Origin: Vulcanimicrobiota bacterium | GTDB taxonomy: Bacteria; Vulcanimicrobiota; Vulcanimicrobiia; Vulcanimicrobiales; Vulcanimicrobiaceae | NCBI GenBank assembly: GCA_963795855.1 | Contig: CAWCIZ010000001.1 | Coordinates: 320,001-384,000 of the forward strand | DNA length: 64,000 bases | Direction of reading: 5' to 3' | Made by a program: the position numbers and the translations under genes | Notes under the pieces: model-generated | What the model was told of the DNA's origin: nothing | The model's input: only the letters and a program-made list of their open reading frames with translations | Databases searched by the model: none | In this document: positions 31,287 to 39,897 of the stretch, in pieces | Layout of the letters: each line of letters begins with the position of its first letter | Position numbering within the stretch: the first letter of the stretch is position 1

Positions 31287-33667
31287 TGAGCGCACCTCGG
31301 CTCGCGCGGGATCGGCTCACCGCGCGGTTGCGCGCATCGGCTCGCTATGCAGCAACGGTCGTCTGCGCGCCCGAAGGGTTCGGAAAAACGACTGCGGTGC
31401 GCCAGTACGTGCAAACTCTCGATTGCGAAACGCTCGAACTCGCGCTGCTGCCCGAGCACGGCTCGCTCGCTGCATTCGCGCGCGCTCTCGCGCAGACGCT
31501 GGCGCCGGTCGCACCCGGTTTGGCGTCTTCGTACGCGCACGCGATCGAGTGCGCGCTGCAGTCCGACAAAGCGGAAGAAGAACTCGCGATCTGGTTCCTC
31601 GGGCATCTCGATCGGAAAACCGAGCGGCTCATCGTCGTGGACGATCTGCAGCATGCGAAAGGCGATCCGCGGATCGTTCGGCTCACGGAACGGCTGCTGC
31701 AAGGCGCGCGTCCCGGCTACCGCTGGGTCATCGCCGCGCGCGAACTTCCGGAGGCTCAGCGCTGGACCGCGAACGGCTTGTGCGCACCGGCGATCGACGA
31801 ACTCGAACTGCGCCTCACGCGCGAGGAAATGCGGCAAATCGCCGAGTCGATGGAAATCTCCGCCTCGCTCGCGGAGGCACTATACGGCATGAGCGACGGT
31901 TGGCCGCTGGCGTTCGGCCTCGGCGCGTCCATGCCGGAATGGATCGCGCGGTTGGAGCAGTTGAACCCGGCGAATGCACGCGGGTTGCTCGCCTTTTTGG
32001 CCGAGCAGTTTTTCTTACAATGCGACGCCGCGCTCCAAGGCGTTCTGCTCGATCTTTGCGTATTTGCCACCGTCGACGAACAGATCGCCGCGTTGGCGCC
32101 GTGGCGCGATGCGTGGCCGCAACTGCAGCGTCTCGCTCGAGACGGTCAACTGCTCCTCATGCGGCAAGACGGTTCCATTCAGTTGCGCGAGGTGTTCCGC
32201 CAATTTCTGGACGGCCGCCTGGCCCTGCGCGGTGAAGCCGCAGTGCGGCAGGCGTGTTCCGCCGCCGCGCACGTGCTCGAGTCGGGAGGGCGCGTCGCCG
32301 AAGCGCTTCGCCTCTACGCGCGCGCCAAAGACGACGCGAAAATTCTCGAACTCTGCGAGGAACACGGCTTCGCGCTCGTCGACGAAGGGCGAATCGAAGA
32401 TCTACTGCAGCAACTCGCGGTCATCGATCCGAAGGCGGCGAGCGAGCATCCCGCCGCGCTCTCGATCCACGCTATCGCCGAATCCAACGCGGGTCGCGAC
32501 GACATCGCCGAGTCGTGGTATCTGCTCGCGATCGAGCGCGCCGACACCCCGCAATTGCGCGCAAAAATTGCGTACCGGTACGGGCTCGAATTGGTGCGGC
32601 ACCGCCGCATGGACGGCGTCGCGATCCTCGAGCGCTACGTGGGCGCGGCACTCCCCGCGGACTTGGATGCATCGCTGCGCTCGACGCTGGCGACGGCGTA
32701 CGTGTTGGGCGAACGCTTTGCGGACGCGGGGCGCATGATCGCGACGGCGCTCGCGCTGCTGGATGGGTCATCGTCGAGCCAACTGCGCGCCAAGGTGCTC
32801 CACCACGCCGCGTGGGTGGCGCTCTTTACCGGAGAGGTTCAAGCCGCGAAAACGCAGGCGTCCGAAGCGGTGCGATTGGCTCTCGAGTGCGATATGTACG
32901 AAATCGCGGCGCGCGCGTATTCCGTGCTCTACAACATTTCGTACGACGTCGAAGACGATCCGGAGCGCACGCGCGAAACGCTCGATCGCATTTGGGACTG
33001 CGGCCTCAAAGCGGGCAGCGCGCAGATGCGGTGGTTCGCCCTGCTCGGCAACATCGACATTTGCGCCGAGATGGGCGATCGCAGCGGCCTTGCGGGGATC
33101 GAAAAAGTGCTCGCGGCTCACGGCGTCGATTACGCCGAGCGCGGAACCAGCGAAGCGCTGTTGCCGGCGGAGGCGCTGATGCTTGCCGCGCGCGGCGAAT
33201 TCGCGCACGCGTACGAGATTATTTTTCCGACCGGCGAGCGGCAAGTCACTCCCGATCGGCGCGCGCTGCGTTTCTCGGAGATCGCGTTGTACGCTTCGGC
33301 CGCCGGTCTGGACGAGAAAGCCGATGCGGCGCTCAAAGAAGTGCAGGCCCAACTCCGCGAATGCGACGCTTCGTCACGCCGGGCGATCCGGGCGCAGCTG
33401 AATCGCGCACTAGCCGTGTACCTCGCCGGACGTCGCGCGGAAGCCGCCGAGATCATCGATTACGTCGGGCAGTTCTGCAACGAGATGTCTCCGCGGCTGC
33501 GCGCGCTGTACGACGCGGTTTTAGAGATATTCGCCCACTGGGATGGTGCCGAGAACTACGACCGCGTGTACGATACGCTCGCGCGCCTCAAGGCCGCGCA
33601 CTTCGGCGGCGTCGCCGCGGCGATCGCCGCGCTTCCATGCAGCAGAGAGCAGGTGTCGGTTGCATAA
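31286..33667 (+). CDS. MalT-like STAND ATPase with TPR-like helical region, no C-terminal HTH
   Basis: RDRL, Walker A APEGFGKTT, Walker B LIVVDDLQ, ELRLTREE, SDGWPLA; ATG overlaps upstream stop (TAATG). Confidence 0.85.
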   Translation: MSAPRLARDRLTARLRASARYAATVVCAPEGFGKTTAVRQYVQTLDCETLELALLPEHGSLAAFARALAQTLAPVAPGLASSYAHAIECALQSDKAEEELAIWFLGHLDRKTERLIVVDDLQHAKGDPRIVRLTERLLQGARPGYRWVIAARELPEAQRWTANGLCAPAIDELELRLTREEMRQIAESMEISASLAEALYGMSDGWPLAFGLGASMPEWIARLEQLNPANARGLLAFLAEQFFLQCDAALQGVLLDLCVFATVDEQIAALAPWRDAWPQLQRLARDGQLLLMRQDGSIQLREVFRQFLDGRLALRGEAAVRQACSAAAHVLESGGRVAEALRLYARAKDDAKILELCEEHGFALVDEGRIEDLLQQLAVIDPKAASEHPAALSIHAIAESNAGRDDIAESWYLLAIERADTPQLRAKIAYRYGLELVRHRRMDGVAILERYVGAALPADLDASLRSTLATAYVLGERFADAGRMIATALALLDGSSSSQLRAKVLHHAAWVALFTGEVQAAKTQASEAVRLALECDMYEIAARAYSVLYNISYDVEDDPERTRETLDRIWDCGLKAGSAQMRWFALLGNIDICAEMGDRSGLAGIEKVLAAHGVDYAERGTSEALLPAEALMLAARGEFAHAYEIIFPTGERQVTPDRRALRFSEIALYASAAGLDEKADAALKEVQAQLRECDASSRRAIRAQLNRALAVYLAGRRAEAAEIIDYVGQFCNEMSPRLRALYDAVLEIFAHWDGAENYDRVYDTLARLKAAHFGGVAAAIAALPCSREQVSVA

Positions 33668-34589
33668 CGAGTTGCTGCGCGAGAAAATCTCGCGCCGCGC
33701 GTTGTCTCGCGCGCTTCCGCCCGAGCACCGCTCCATTCTCGCCGAAGTCGTTGCGAAGCGCACTGCCGACCGTATCGTCGCATGGACGTCCGACAAGGAC
33801 GTGAGCCGCGTATTTTCATGGGTGGACTCGGTGCTGCACGATCATCCGCAGCAACGGCGCCTCTACGGCCTGCTATCGTCGACCGTGAGCGCCGCGCTGG
33901 ACGTTCTCTCGGAAGAAACCCGCGTTCCGGTGCAATTACGCTCGAATCTCACGAGCCTGCAGCAGCGCATCGACATACATGTCGGCGCGTACTGCGTGCA
34001 GAACCACGACGGCGTCCTGCAAACCGTCGACCCGGTCGACGCGCGAATCGACGAGTTGTTGCTGCGCTTGTCGACTCAGGACACGCTCACCGCGGAGCAC
34101 TCACGCTCGGTCGGCATGTGGTGCTGGCGCGTGGCCAAACGTCTCGACCTTTCGCGGAGCGAATCGTACATCGTGACGCGCAGCGGTTTGCTGCACGACA
34201 TCGGCAAGACGCTGACCCCGCTCGAGATCCTTATCGCGCCGCGCGCGCTCACCAACGATGAATGGGAGATTATGCGCCGCCACGCCGCCGAGGGCGAGCA
34301 GATGGTGCGGCAGTCGGCCGAACTGCATACGTTCGCGCCCGCAGTGCGCTCGCATCACGAGCGTTTCGACGGCCGCGGTTATCCGGATGGATTAGAGCGC
34401 GGCTCGATTCCATTCTCCGCGCGCATCGTTTCCGTGGCGGATGCATTCAATGCGATGATTGCCCGGCGTCCCTACCGGGCGCCCTTGCCCCCGACGCATG
34501 CCATCGAGGAGCTCAAACGAAACAGCGGGACCCAATTCGATCCCGCTGTCGTCGAAGCTATGATTGACGTGGTGCTTAGTGGCGGATAA
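33660..34589 (+). CDS. HD-GYP c-di-GMP phosphodiesterase
   Basis: EHSRSV, LLHDIGK, HHERFDGRGYPDGL, VADAFNAM, RPYR; TTG 33660 overlaps upstream gene end. Confidence 0.92.
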   Translation: MHNELLREKISRRALSRALPPEHRSILAEVVAKRTADRIVAWTSDKDVSRVFSWVDSVLHDHPQQRRLYGLLSSTVSAALDVLSEETRVPVQLRSNLTSLQQRIDIHVGAYCVQNHDGVLQTVDPVDARIDELLLRLSTQDTLTAEHSRSVGMWCWRVAKRLDLSRSESYIVTRSGLLHDIGKTLTPLEILIAPRALTNDEWEIMRRHAAEGEQMVRQSAELHTFAPAVRSHHERFDGRGYPDGLERGSIPFSARIVSVADAFNAMIARRPYRAPLPPTHAIEELKRNSGTQFDPAVVEAMIDVVLSGG

Positions 34590-34893
34590 CCGACGAAATC
34601 CACCGCAAGTCGATCATCATCGGCGGAAGTCCCGCAACGCCGCTGATCATGACGAGCTTCGGAACGGCGCTCACGCTGTCCATCGGCTGAACTTTCGGCA
34701 CGGCACTGACGCTGTCCATCGGCTGAATCTTCGGCACGGCGCTGACGCTGTCCATCGGCTGAACTTTCGGCACGGCACTGACGCTGTCCATCGGCTGAAT
34801 CTTCGGCACGGCGCTCACGCTGTCGGCCATTGCCGGCGCTGCGGCGCAGACAACCGCGATTGTTCCAAAAATGAGGGTGCGATACGAAGTCAT
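34576..34893 (-). CDS. secreted multi-repeat peptide precursor (105 aa)
   Basis: GGAGG RBS and ATG 34893; signal peptide ending AMA; five DSVSAVPK units joined by (I/V)QPM. Confidence 0.85.
   Translation of the reverse strand: MTSYRTLIFGTIAVVCAAAPAMADSVSAVPKIQPMDSVSAVPKVQPMDSVSAVPKIQPMDSVSAVPKVQPMDSVSAVPKLVMISGVAGLPPMMIDLRWISSVIRH
34657..34824. repeat. 36-bp tandem repeat, four full units plus a 24-bp partial unit
   Basis: units start at 34681, 34717, 34753, 34789; alternating A/B variants. Confidence 0.97.
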
Positions 34894-35009
34894 AACGGCC
34901 TCCCAGAGCAGCAAGAGCCAATTACTGAAATCGTAGCGGTTCAAGGGCGAAACGGCATCTCGCATGACGATCAGAAGTTTGCTTGCTATCGGGAGAGAAT
35001 CTATCAGAA

Positions 35010-35579
35010 ATGCTAGATAGAGCCCACGCTCTTGAAGCGGAAGATCAACGCGCTCCACTGCTTCCCGAACAAGCAGCAGTTCTTGCGCGGCGCGCCACGC
35101 CGACGCTGTTCGTCGTGGACCGTCAGTTGCGTGTGCTGTATTGGCGCGCCGATCCGTCGGAGAGGCGCAAGGACCTGCTGCCGCTCGAGAACGGCGGTTT
35201 GCCGCCACTGCTCGAGTACTCGCTGCTCAAGCTCTTCGCTCACGAGCATGCGAGCGCCGACGGCGTGCGCCGCGCCGGCGTGACCGGTTCCGTGGCGATC
35301 CGCGTGCTGGAACTCTGCGGCGGCGGCTCGGGAGCAGCCTATGCGGTTCTCGTCGAGCGCATCGGGGTTCGCGATCAGTTGCTCGCCGTCGCCTCCCGCT
35401 ACGGACTTTCGACGCGCGAACGGCAAGTGCTCAACCTCGTGGTAAAAGGGCTTCGGAACGAGGAGATCGCCGAGCACCTGTGCATCTCCAAATCGACTGC
35501 CATCTTTCACGTGAAGCAACTTTTGATCAAGACCAAGTCCCGGAACCGGACGGAGGTCGTCGCGAAGATCATTGGCTAG
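35010..35579 (+). CDS. LuxR-family HTH regulator with PAS-like N-terminus
   Basis: GLSTRERQVLNLVVKGLRNEEIAEHLCISKSTAIFHVKQLLIKT; TLFVVDRQLRVLYW. Confidence 0.9.
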   Translation: MLDRAHALEAEDQRAPLLPEQAAVLARRATPTLFVVDRQLRVLYWRADPSERRKDLLPLENGGLPPLLEYSLLKLFAHEHASADGVRRAGVTGSVAIRVLELCGGGSGAAYAVLVERIGVRDQLLAVASRYGLSTRERQVLNLVVKGLRNEEIAEHLCISKSTAIFHVKQLLIKTKSRNRTEVVAKIIG

Positions 35580-36255
35580 CGCCGTTCGCGCGATCGGCTT
35601 CGACTTCGACCACACGCTCGGGATTGACAACAAACTCGAGCGTGTCGCATTTTTGCGGTTGCTCGAGCGCGCGTGCACGATAGGCGGACGCTGCATCGGA
35701 ACGCTCGCGGACGAAATCGTTCGCATCGACGCACTGCTGGCACGACAGCGTTCCGGCGGCTTTACGATAGAAGATGCCGTGCAACGCTTCGTAAGCGAGC
35801 GCGGCGTGAGCGATCCACGCCCGTTCGTTGACGAATACAAACGCATGGCGGTGCAGATGGTCGACTCGTTCGTCATACCCGAGCCGGGCGCGCCGGAAAT
35901 CCTTGCGGAGTTCCGCGCCCGCGGCATTCCGTGCGCCATACTGACGAACGGGTGGTCTCCGCTTCAGCAGCGCAAGGCGCAGCGGGTCGGATTCGAGGGG
36001 CCTGTGCTGGTGAGCGCGGACCTCGGCGTGCAAAAGCCGGATGCGCGCGCCTTCGCGCTCCTCGCGCAGACGCTCGAAACGCCATCGGAGTGCGTCGCCT
36101 ACGTCGGCGACGCGCCGGACACCGACGTCGCAGCCGCACTTGCGGCCGGAATGCGCGGCGTGTGGTTGGACGCGGAAGGCGCGGCGTATCCGCCTCGGTT
36201 GCCGCCGCCCTCGGCCGTCATACACGGTCTCACGGAACTTTCGGCACTCGTGTAG
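35572..36255 (+). CDS. HAD-family hydrolase
   Basis: FDFDHTL, ILTNG, KPD, YVGDAPDTDV. Confidence 0.9.
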   Translation: MASAVRAIGFDFDHTLGIDNKLERVAFLRLLERACTIGGRCIGTLADEIVRIDALLARQRSGGFTIEDAVQRFVSERGVSDPRPFVDEYKRMAVQMVDSFVIPEPGAPEILAEFRARGIPCAILTNGWSPLQQRKAQRVGFEGPVLVSADLGVQKPDARAFALLAQTLETPSECVAYVGDAPDTDVAAALAAGMRGVWLDAEGAAYPPRLPPPSAVIHGLTELSALV

Positions 36256-36266
36256 AATGGCCGCGC

Positions 36267-36815
36267 GTGCCGAAGATCACTGGTGGAAACTTGGGCAGCC
36301 GCAAGCTGAAGTCACCCAAGGGAATGAACGTGCGCCCGACTCCGGGCCGGGTCAAAGAGTCGCTATTCTCGATTCTGCAAACGCGAATCGCGGGTTCGCG
36401 GTTCCTCGATCTGTTTTCCGGCACCGGCGCGATCGCGTTCGAAGCGGCCTCGCGCGGCGCCGCCAAGGTGGTGTGCGTCGAAGGCCACCGCGAAACCGCT
36501 GAAGCCATCGGCGAGGCCGCCGAACAGTTCGGCGTGGCCGATCGCATTGAAGTCGTCTCGGCGCCGGTCGACCGCGCGCTCTATCGTCTGGACGGCCGGT
36601 TCGATATCGTGTACGCCGACCCGCCCTATGCGCAAGAGATTCCGCTGCAGATGTTCCGTCTGCTGCTCGAGCGCAAGTTGCTCGCGGAAGACGCCTTGGT
36701 CATCTTCGAACATAGCGCTCGCACGATTCTTCCGGAGATACCGGGGTACCGCGGCGTTCGTGAAGAAGTCTACGGCGATGTCGCTTTGGCATTCTTCACT
36801 CCCCAACGCGTATAA
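36267..36815 (+). CDS. rsmD: 16S rRNA m2G966 methyltransferase
   Basis: VRPTPGRVKESLF, LDLFSGTGA, EAASRGA, YADPPY; adjacent to coaD. Confidence 0.93.
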   Translation: MPKITGGNLGSRKLKSPKGMNVRPTPGRVKESLFSILQTRIAGSRFLDLFSGTGAIAFEAASRGAAKVVCVEGHRETAEAIGEAAEQFGVADRIEVVSAPVDRALYRLDGRFDIVYADPPYAQEIPLQMFRLLLERKLLAEDALVIFEHSARTILPEIPGYRGVREEVYGDVALAFFTPQRV

Positions 36816-36828
36816 CACGTTGGGCCGC

Positions 36829-37317
36829 GTGCCTCGCGCCATCTATCCCGGCTCGTTCGACCCTCCCACGAACGGCCATCTCGACGTGATCGAACGCGCG
36901 TCGAAGTATTTCAGCGAGTTGATCGTCGCCGTCGTCGTCAACCCGCAAAAGCGCGAACCGATGTTTACGCTCCGAGAGCGTGAGGAAATGATTCGCGAAT
37001 GCGTGGAACGGCTGCCCAACGTCCGCGTCGAGAATTTTCGCGGATTGCTGGCGGACTACGTGAAAGCTCAGGAAGCGGACGTCATCGTCAAAGGCCTGCG
37101 CGTCGTCTCGGATTTCGAAAGCGAGATGTCGACGGCATTGATGAACCGGGCGCTGTCCAACGTCGATACGATGTTTTTGATGTCCGATCAAAAATATTCG
37201 TTCGTCAGTTCGAGCATCGTCAAGGAAGTGTTCTTCCTTGGCGGAGACGTCGGGGCGCTGGTCCCCGATCCGGTCATGCGGGTCATGGCTACCAAACGAG
37301 AGACACTGCGAAAGTAA
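36829..37317 (+). CDS. coaD: pantetheine-phosphate adenylyltransferase
   Basis: YPGSFDPPTNGHLD, KGLRVVSDFE, VSSSIVKE. Confidence 0.96.
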   Translation: MPRAIYPGSFDPPTNGHLDVIERASKYFSELIVAVVVNPQKREPMFTLREREEMIRECVERLPNVRVENFRGLLADYVKAQEADVIVKGLRVVSDFESEMSTALMNRALSNVDTMFLMSDQKYSFVSSSIVKEVFFLGGDVGALVPDPVMRVMATKRETLRK

Positions 37318-37345
37318 GCGAACTATAAACGGGAGGCTACAGCAC

Positions 37346-37905
37346 ATGTCGGTTTATCGCGTTCTGGAAAAGCTCGAGGGTTACGTGCAGGAAGGCACGT
37401 GGCTGCCCGCAGGCTACCGCATTTTGAGCGAAGAGCGGCTCGTCGAGTTCATCGAGAAAATCCGCGCCTCGCTTCCGGAGGAAGTGGGACGAGCAAGATT
37501 ATCGCCAAGGATCAAGAGCGCATGATTCGCGCCGCGCAAGAGAAGGCGCAAGCGATCGTCACGGAGGCGACGTCGAAGCATCAGGAACTCGTCGACGATC
37601 ACGAGATCGTGGATCGCGCGCGTAAAACTGCGGACACGGTACTTCGCGAAGCGGAAGAACGCGCGCGGAAAGTGCGCGAAGGCGCCGATCAGTACGCGAC
37701 GCAGTTGCTCGGCGAGCTCGAGGCGCGCCTATCCGGCGCGCTCGGATCCGTGAGAAAAGGGCGAGAAGCGCTCGCTCCTCGACCGCCCGCGTCCCGTCCG
37801 CCGGCGCCGCTCGCCGAAGCTGCTGCTAAAAGCAAACGAGCCGCGTTCGATGCACAGGCCTCGGAAGAAACGGCCGCTCTGGAGTCGGTAGAACTGGTAC
37901 AATAG
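37346..37905 (+). CDS. coiled-coil protein of the kind often found after coaD, frameshift near 37490
   Basis: GGGAGG RBS; IRASLPEE...AQEKAQAIV...GADQYA...GREAL. Confidence 0.75.
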
Positions 37906-37909
37906 CGGT

Positions 37910-38890
37910 GTGACGCGACTCACGCCGGCTCGTAACCGGTTTCGCCTTTACGTTGCGGCCGCCGTGTTGGCGGCCGTGGCGTCGTTCGCGCCGACGCCGT
38001 ATTCGCTGATGCTGCCCGGGCGCGCGGTCGATTTGCGCGGCGTCGTCAGCGTCGCGCGGCACGCCGCCCCGCGAACGCCGTTTTTCCTGACCGACGTTCG
38101 GTTCGCATCGCACGTAACGCCGTTGCAACTGCTTGCCGCGATGCTTCCCGGCGCCACGATTCTGCGCACGCAGCAGATCGTGCCCGGCAGCATGACCGCC
38201 GTCGAGTATGAAGGCGTCGAACGCGAAGCGATGAGCGAGAGCCAGTCGATCGCGGCGGTCGTCGCCGAGCGCGCCGCGGGACTCAAAGTACCGTATCCGC
38301 GATCGCGCGTGCTCGTCGTGTATTTTTCACCTGCGTCTCGCGCGTCCAAGGCGCTCCGGCCGCTCGACATGCTCGTTGCGCTCAACGGGCATCCAATCGC
38401 TTCGAACGTCGACGTGATTCACGCGCTCGCAGGCGTGCGTCCCGGTACGGACGTGCGCATGACCGTGGTCCGCCGCGGAAACGATCTCGTGGTCAATGTG
38501 CCGACCATGCGTTACGGCGATCGCACGGCGCTCGGCGCATACCTCACGACCATTTACCAGCGTCCGCAGATTCCGGTCGCGGTAACGTTTCATCTTCCGG
38601 ATGTTTCCGGCAGCTCGGGGGGACTGATGTTTGCCCTGGACATTTACCGGCGCCTTCGCCCCCACGTGCTGCACGTTGCCGAACCCGTCGCCGGCACCGG
38701 CACGATCGCGTATGACGGCAGCGTCGGCCCCATTGAAGGCGCGCCGCAAAAAGTTATCGCCGCGCGGCGCGCGGGCGCGAAAATCTTTCTCGTGCCGCGG
38801 GAGAATTACAACGAAGTCGCGCGCACTAGCGGGATTCGCGTCATCCCGGTCGCGACGTTCCGGCAGGCGCTGCGCGCGCTCGATCGTTAA
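37910..38890 (+). CDS. YlbL-like PDZ / Lon-type S16 protease
   Basis: N-terminal TM, PDZ-like region, SGSSGGLMFAL, AGTGTI, QKVIAA. Confidence 0.88.
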   Translation: MTRLTPARNRFRLYVAAAVLAAVASFAPTPYSLMLPGRAVDLRGVVSVARHAAPRTPFFLTDVRFASHVTPLQLLAAMLPGATILRTQQIVPGSMTAVEYEGVEREAMSESQSIAAVVAERAAGLKVPYPRSRVLVVYFSPASRASKALRPLDMLVALNGHPIASNVDVIHALAGVRPGTDVRMTVVRRGNDLVVNVPTMRYGDRTALGAYLTTIYQRPQIPVAVTFHLPDVSGSSGGLMFALDIYRRLRPHVLHVAEPVAGTGTIAYDGSVGPIEGAPQKVIAARRAGAKIFLVPRENYNEVARTSGIRVIPVATFRQALRALDR

Positions 38891-39835
38891 ACGGGCGGTG
38901 CTTGAACGTTCTGCGCAAACGCGTCCAAGCGGGCGCGATCGATCGCTTTGACGCGGCCGCGATCCAACTCTACCGCGCCGGCGTTCTTCAGACGCAGTAA
39001 AGCGCGAGCGGCCATGTCGCGCACGGTGCCGGCGGCAGCCGCGATTTGCGCCTGCGAAAGATTTTCGACGCCCGGAAGGCCGCGCGTCATCCCGACGGAC
39101 GCGCGCGCGTAGCCGAGCAAGAACTTCGCGACGCGCTGCAGCACGTGCGCGAACGCCAAATCGGAGATCGTATCGATGGAACGGCGGCGCCCCTGCGAGG
39201 CGGCCGCCAAAAATCCGAGGGCGAGTTCGGAGTCGTTGCGGCACGCGTGCAGCACCGCTTCGCTGGGAAGCGTGACGATCGTCGCGTCGGTAAGCGCTTC
39301 CGCACGCGTGGTAGCGCCGCCCTGATCGAACGCGCCGGAATCGTTGAGCATGTCGTGCGTGAGTCGCTCGCCTAGCGTGTGCGTTTTTCCGTCCGGGGAA
39401 AGCAGCGTGAGAATCGCTTTGCCGTGCTTGACGATGCCCAGGTACGGCCACATCTCGCCTTCGTCGAAGATCGTTTCGCCGGCTTTGAACGTTCGTTCGC
39501 TCATCTGCCCGGCGAGATCGCGCGTGGTGCTGCTCTTCGCGGTCGCAAACGGCGGAACGTGCTGCGAGAAACGCCTCGCCTTCCGCGTTTTCGTCGATCC
39601 GTTCCAAGCGGACCGTCCAGCGGTTCGAACCCAAGTTGCGCGCATCCCACGAGAACTTGCCGGGGCGCAGCTGCGTGATTTCGTTTCGAAGCGCGCGCGG
39701 ATCGGTCTCCTCGTTGATTTCGAGGACCGCGCCCACTGTCAGTTTGTCGAAGGCGTCGAGAATCTGCTCGGTCTTGGTCGCAGGCGGAAGCGAGCGGGCA
39801 TCAAGCGTGATGGCCGCGGGACGGTTCATAGGCAT
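38887..39835 (-). CDS. DUF2249-like domain fused to Crp/Fnr regulator, frameshift near 39575
   Basis: LDARSLPP...FDKL...DPRAL; then cNMP-binding region and LSQAQIAAAAGTVRD HTH. Confidence 0.82.
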
Positions 39836-39897
39836 CGGGCCGTTGGTTCCCTGCGGGAGCGGGAAACCCCGCCTGACCCGGCGATAGTTGTAATCCC

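Noticed and set aside
32254..33804. Long Arg-rich alternative-frame or antisense ORFs (also 1442-2650, 24594-25862, 45003-46328, 50043-51413, 59070-60494)
   Set aside because: Expected stop-poor shadows of real genes in high-GC DNA; no motifs
34657..34824. 36-bp repeats as a CRISPR array
   Set aside because: Units abut with no unique spacers, are in-frame coding with mostly synonymous variation, and no cas genes are present
34576..34893. Classical RiPP gene cluster
   Set aside because: No modifying enzyme or dedicated transporter nearby; the only radical SAM gene in the window is moaA
34564..35016. Plus-strand His-rich repeat ORF (HGTDAVHRLNLR)
   Set aside because: Antisense shadow of the peptide gene; overlaps the HD-GYP end and has no clear RBS
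34576..35208. 210-aa minus-strand ORF from the ORF track
   Set aside because: Its 5' half is antisense to the LuxR gene; the RBS and signal peptide point to ATG 34893
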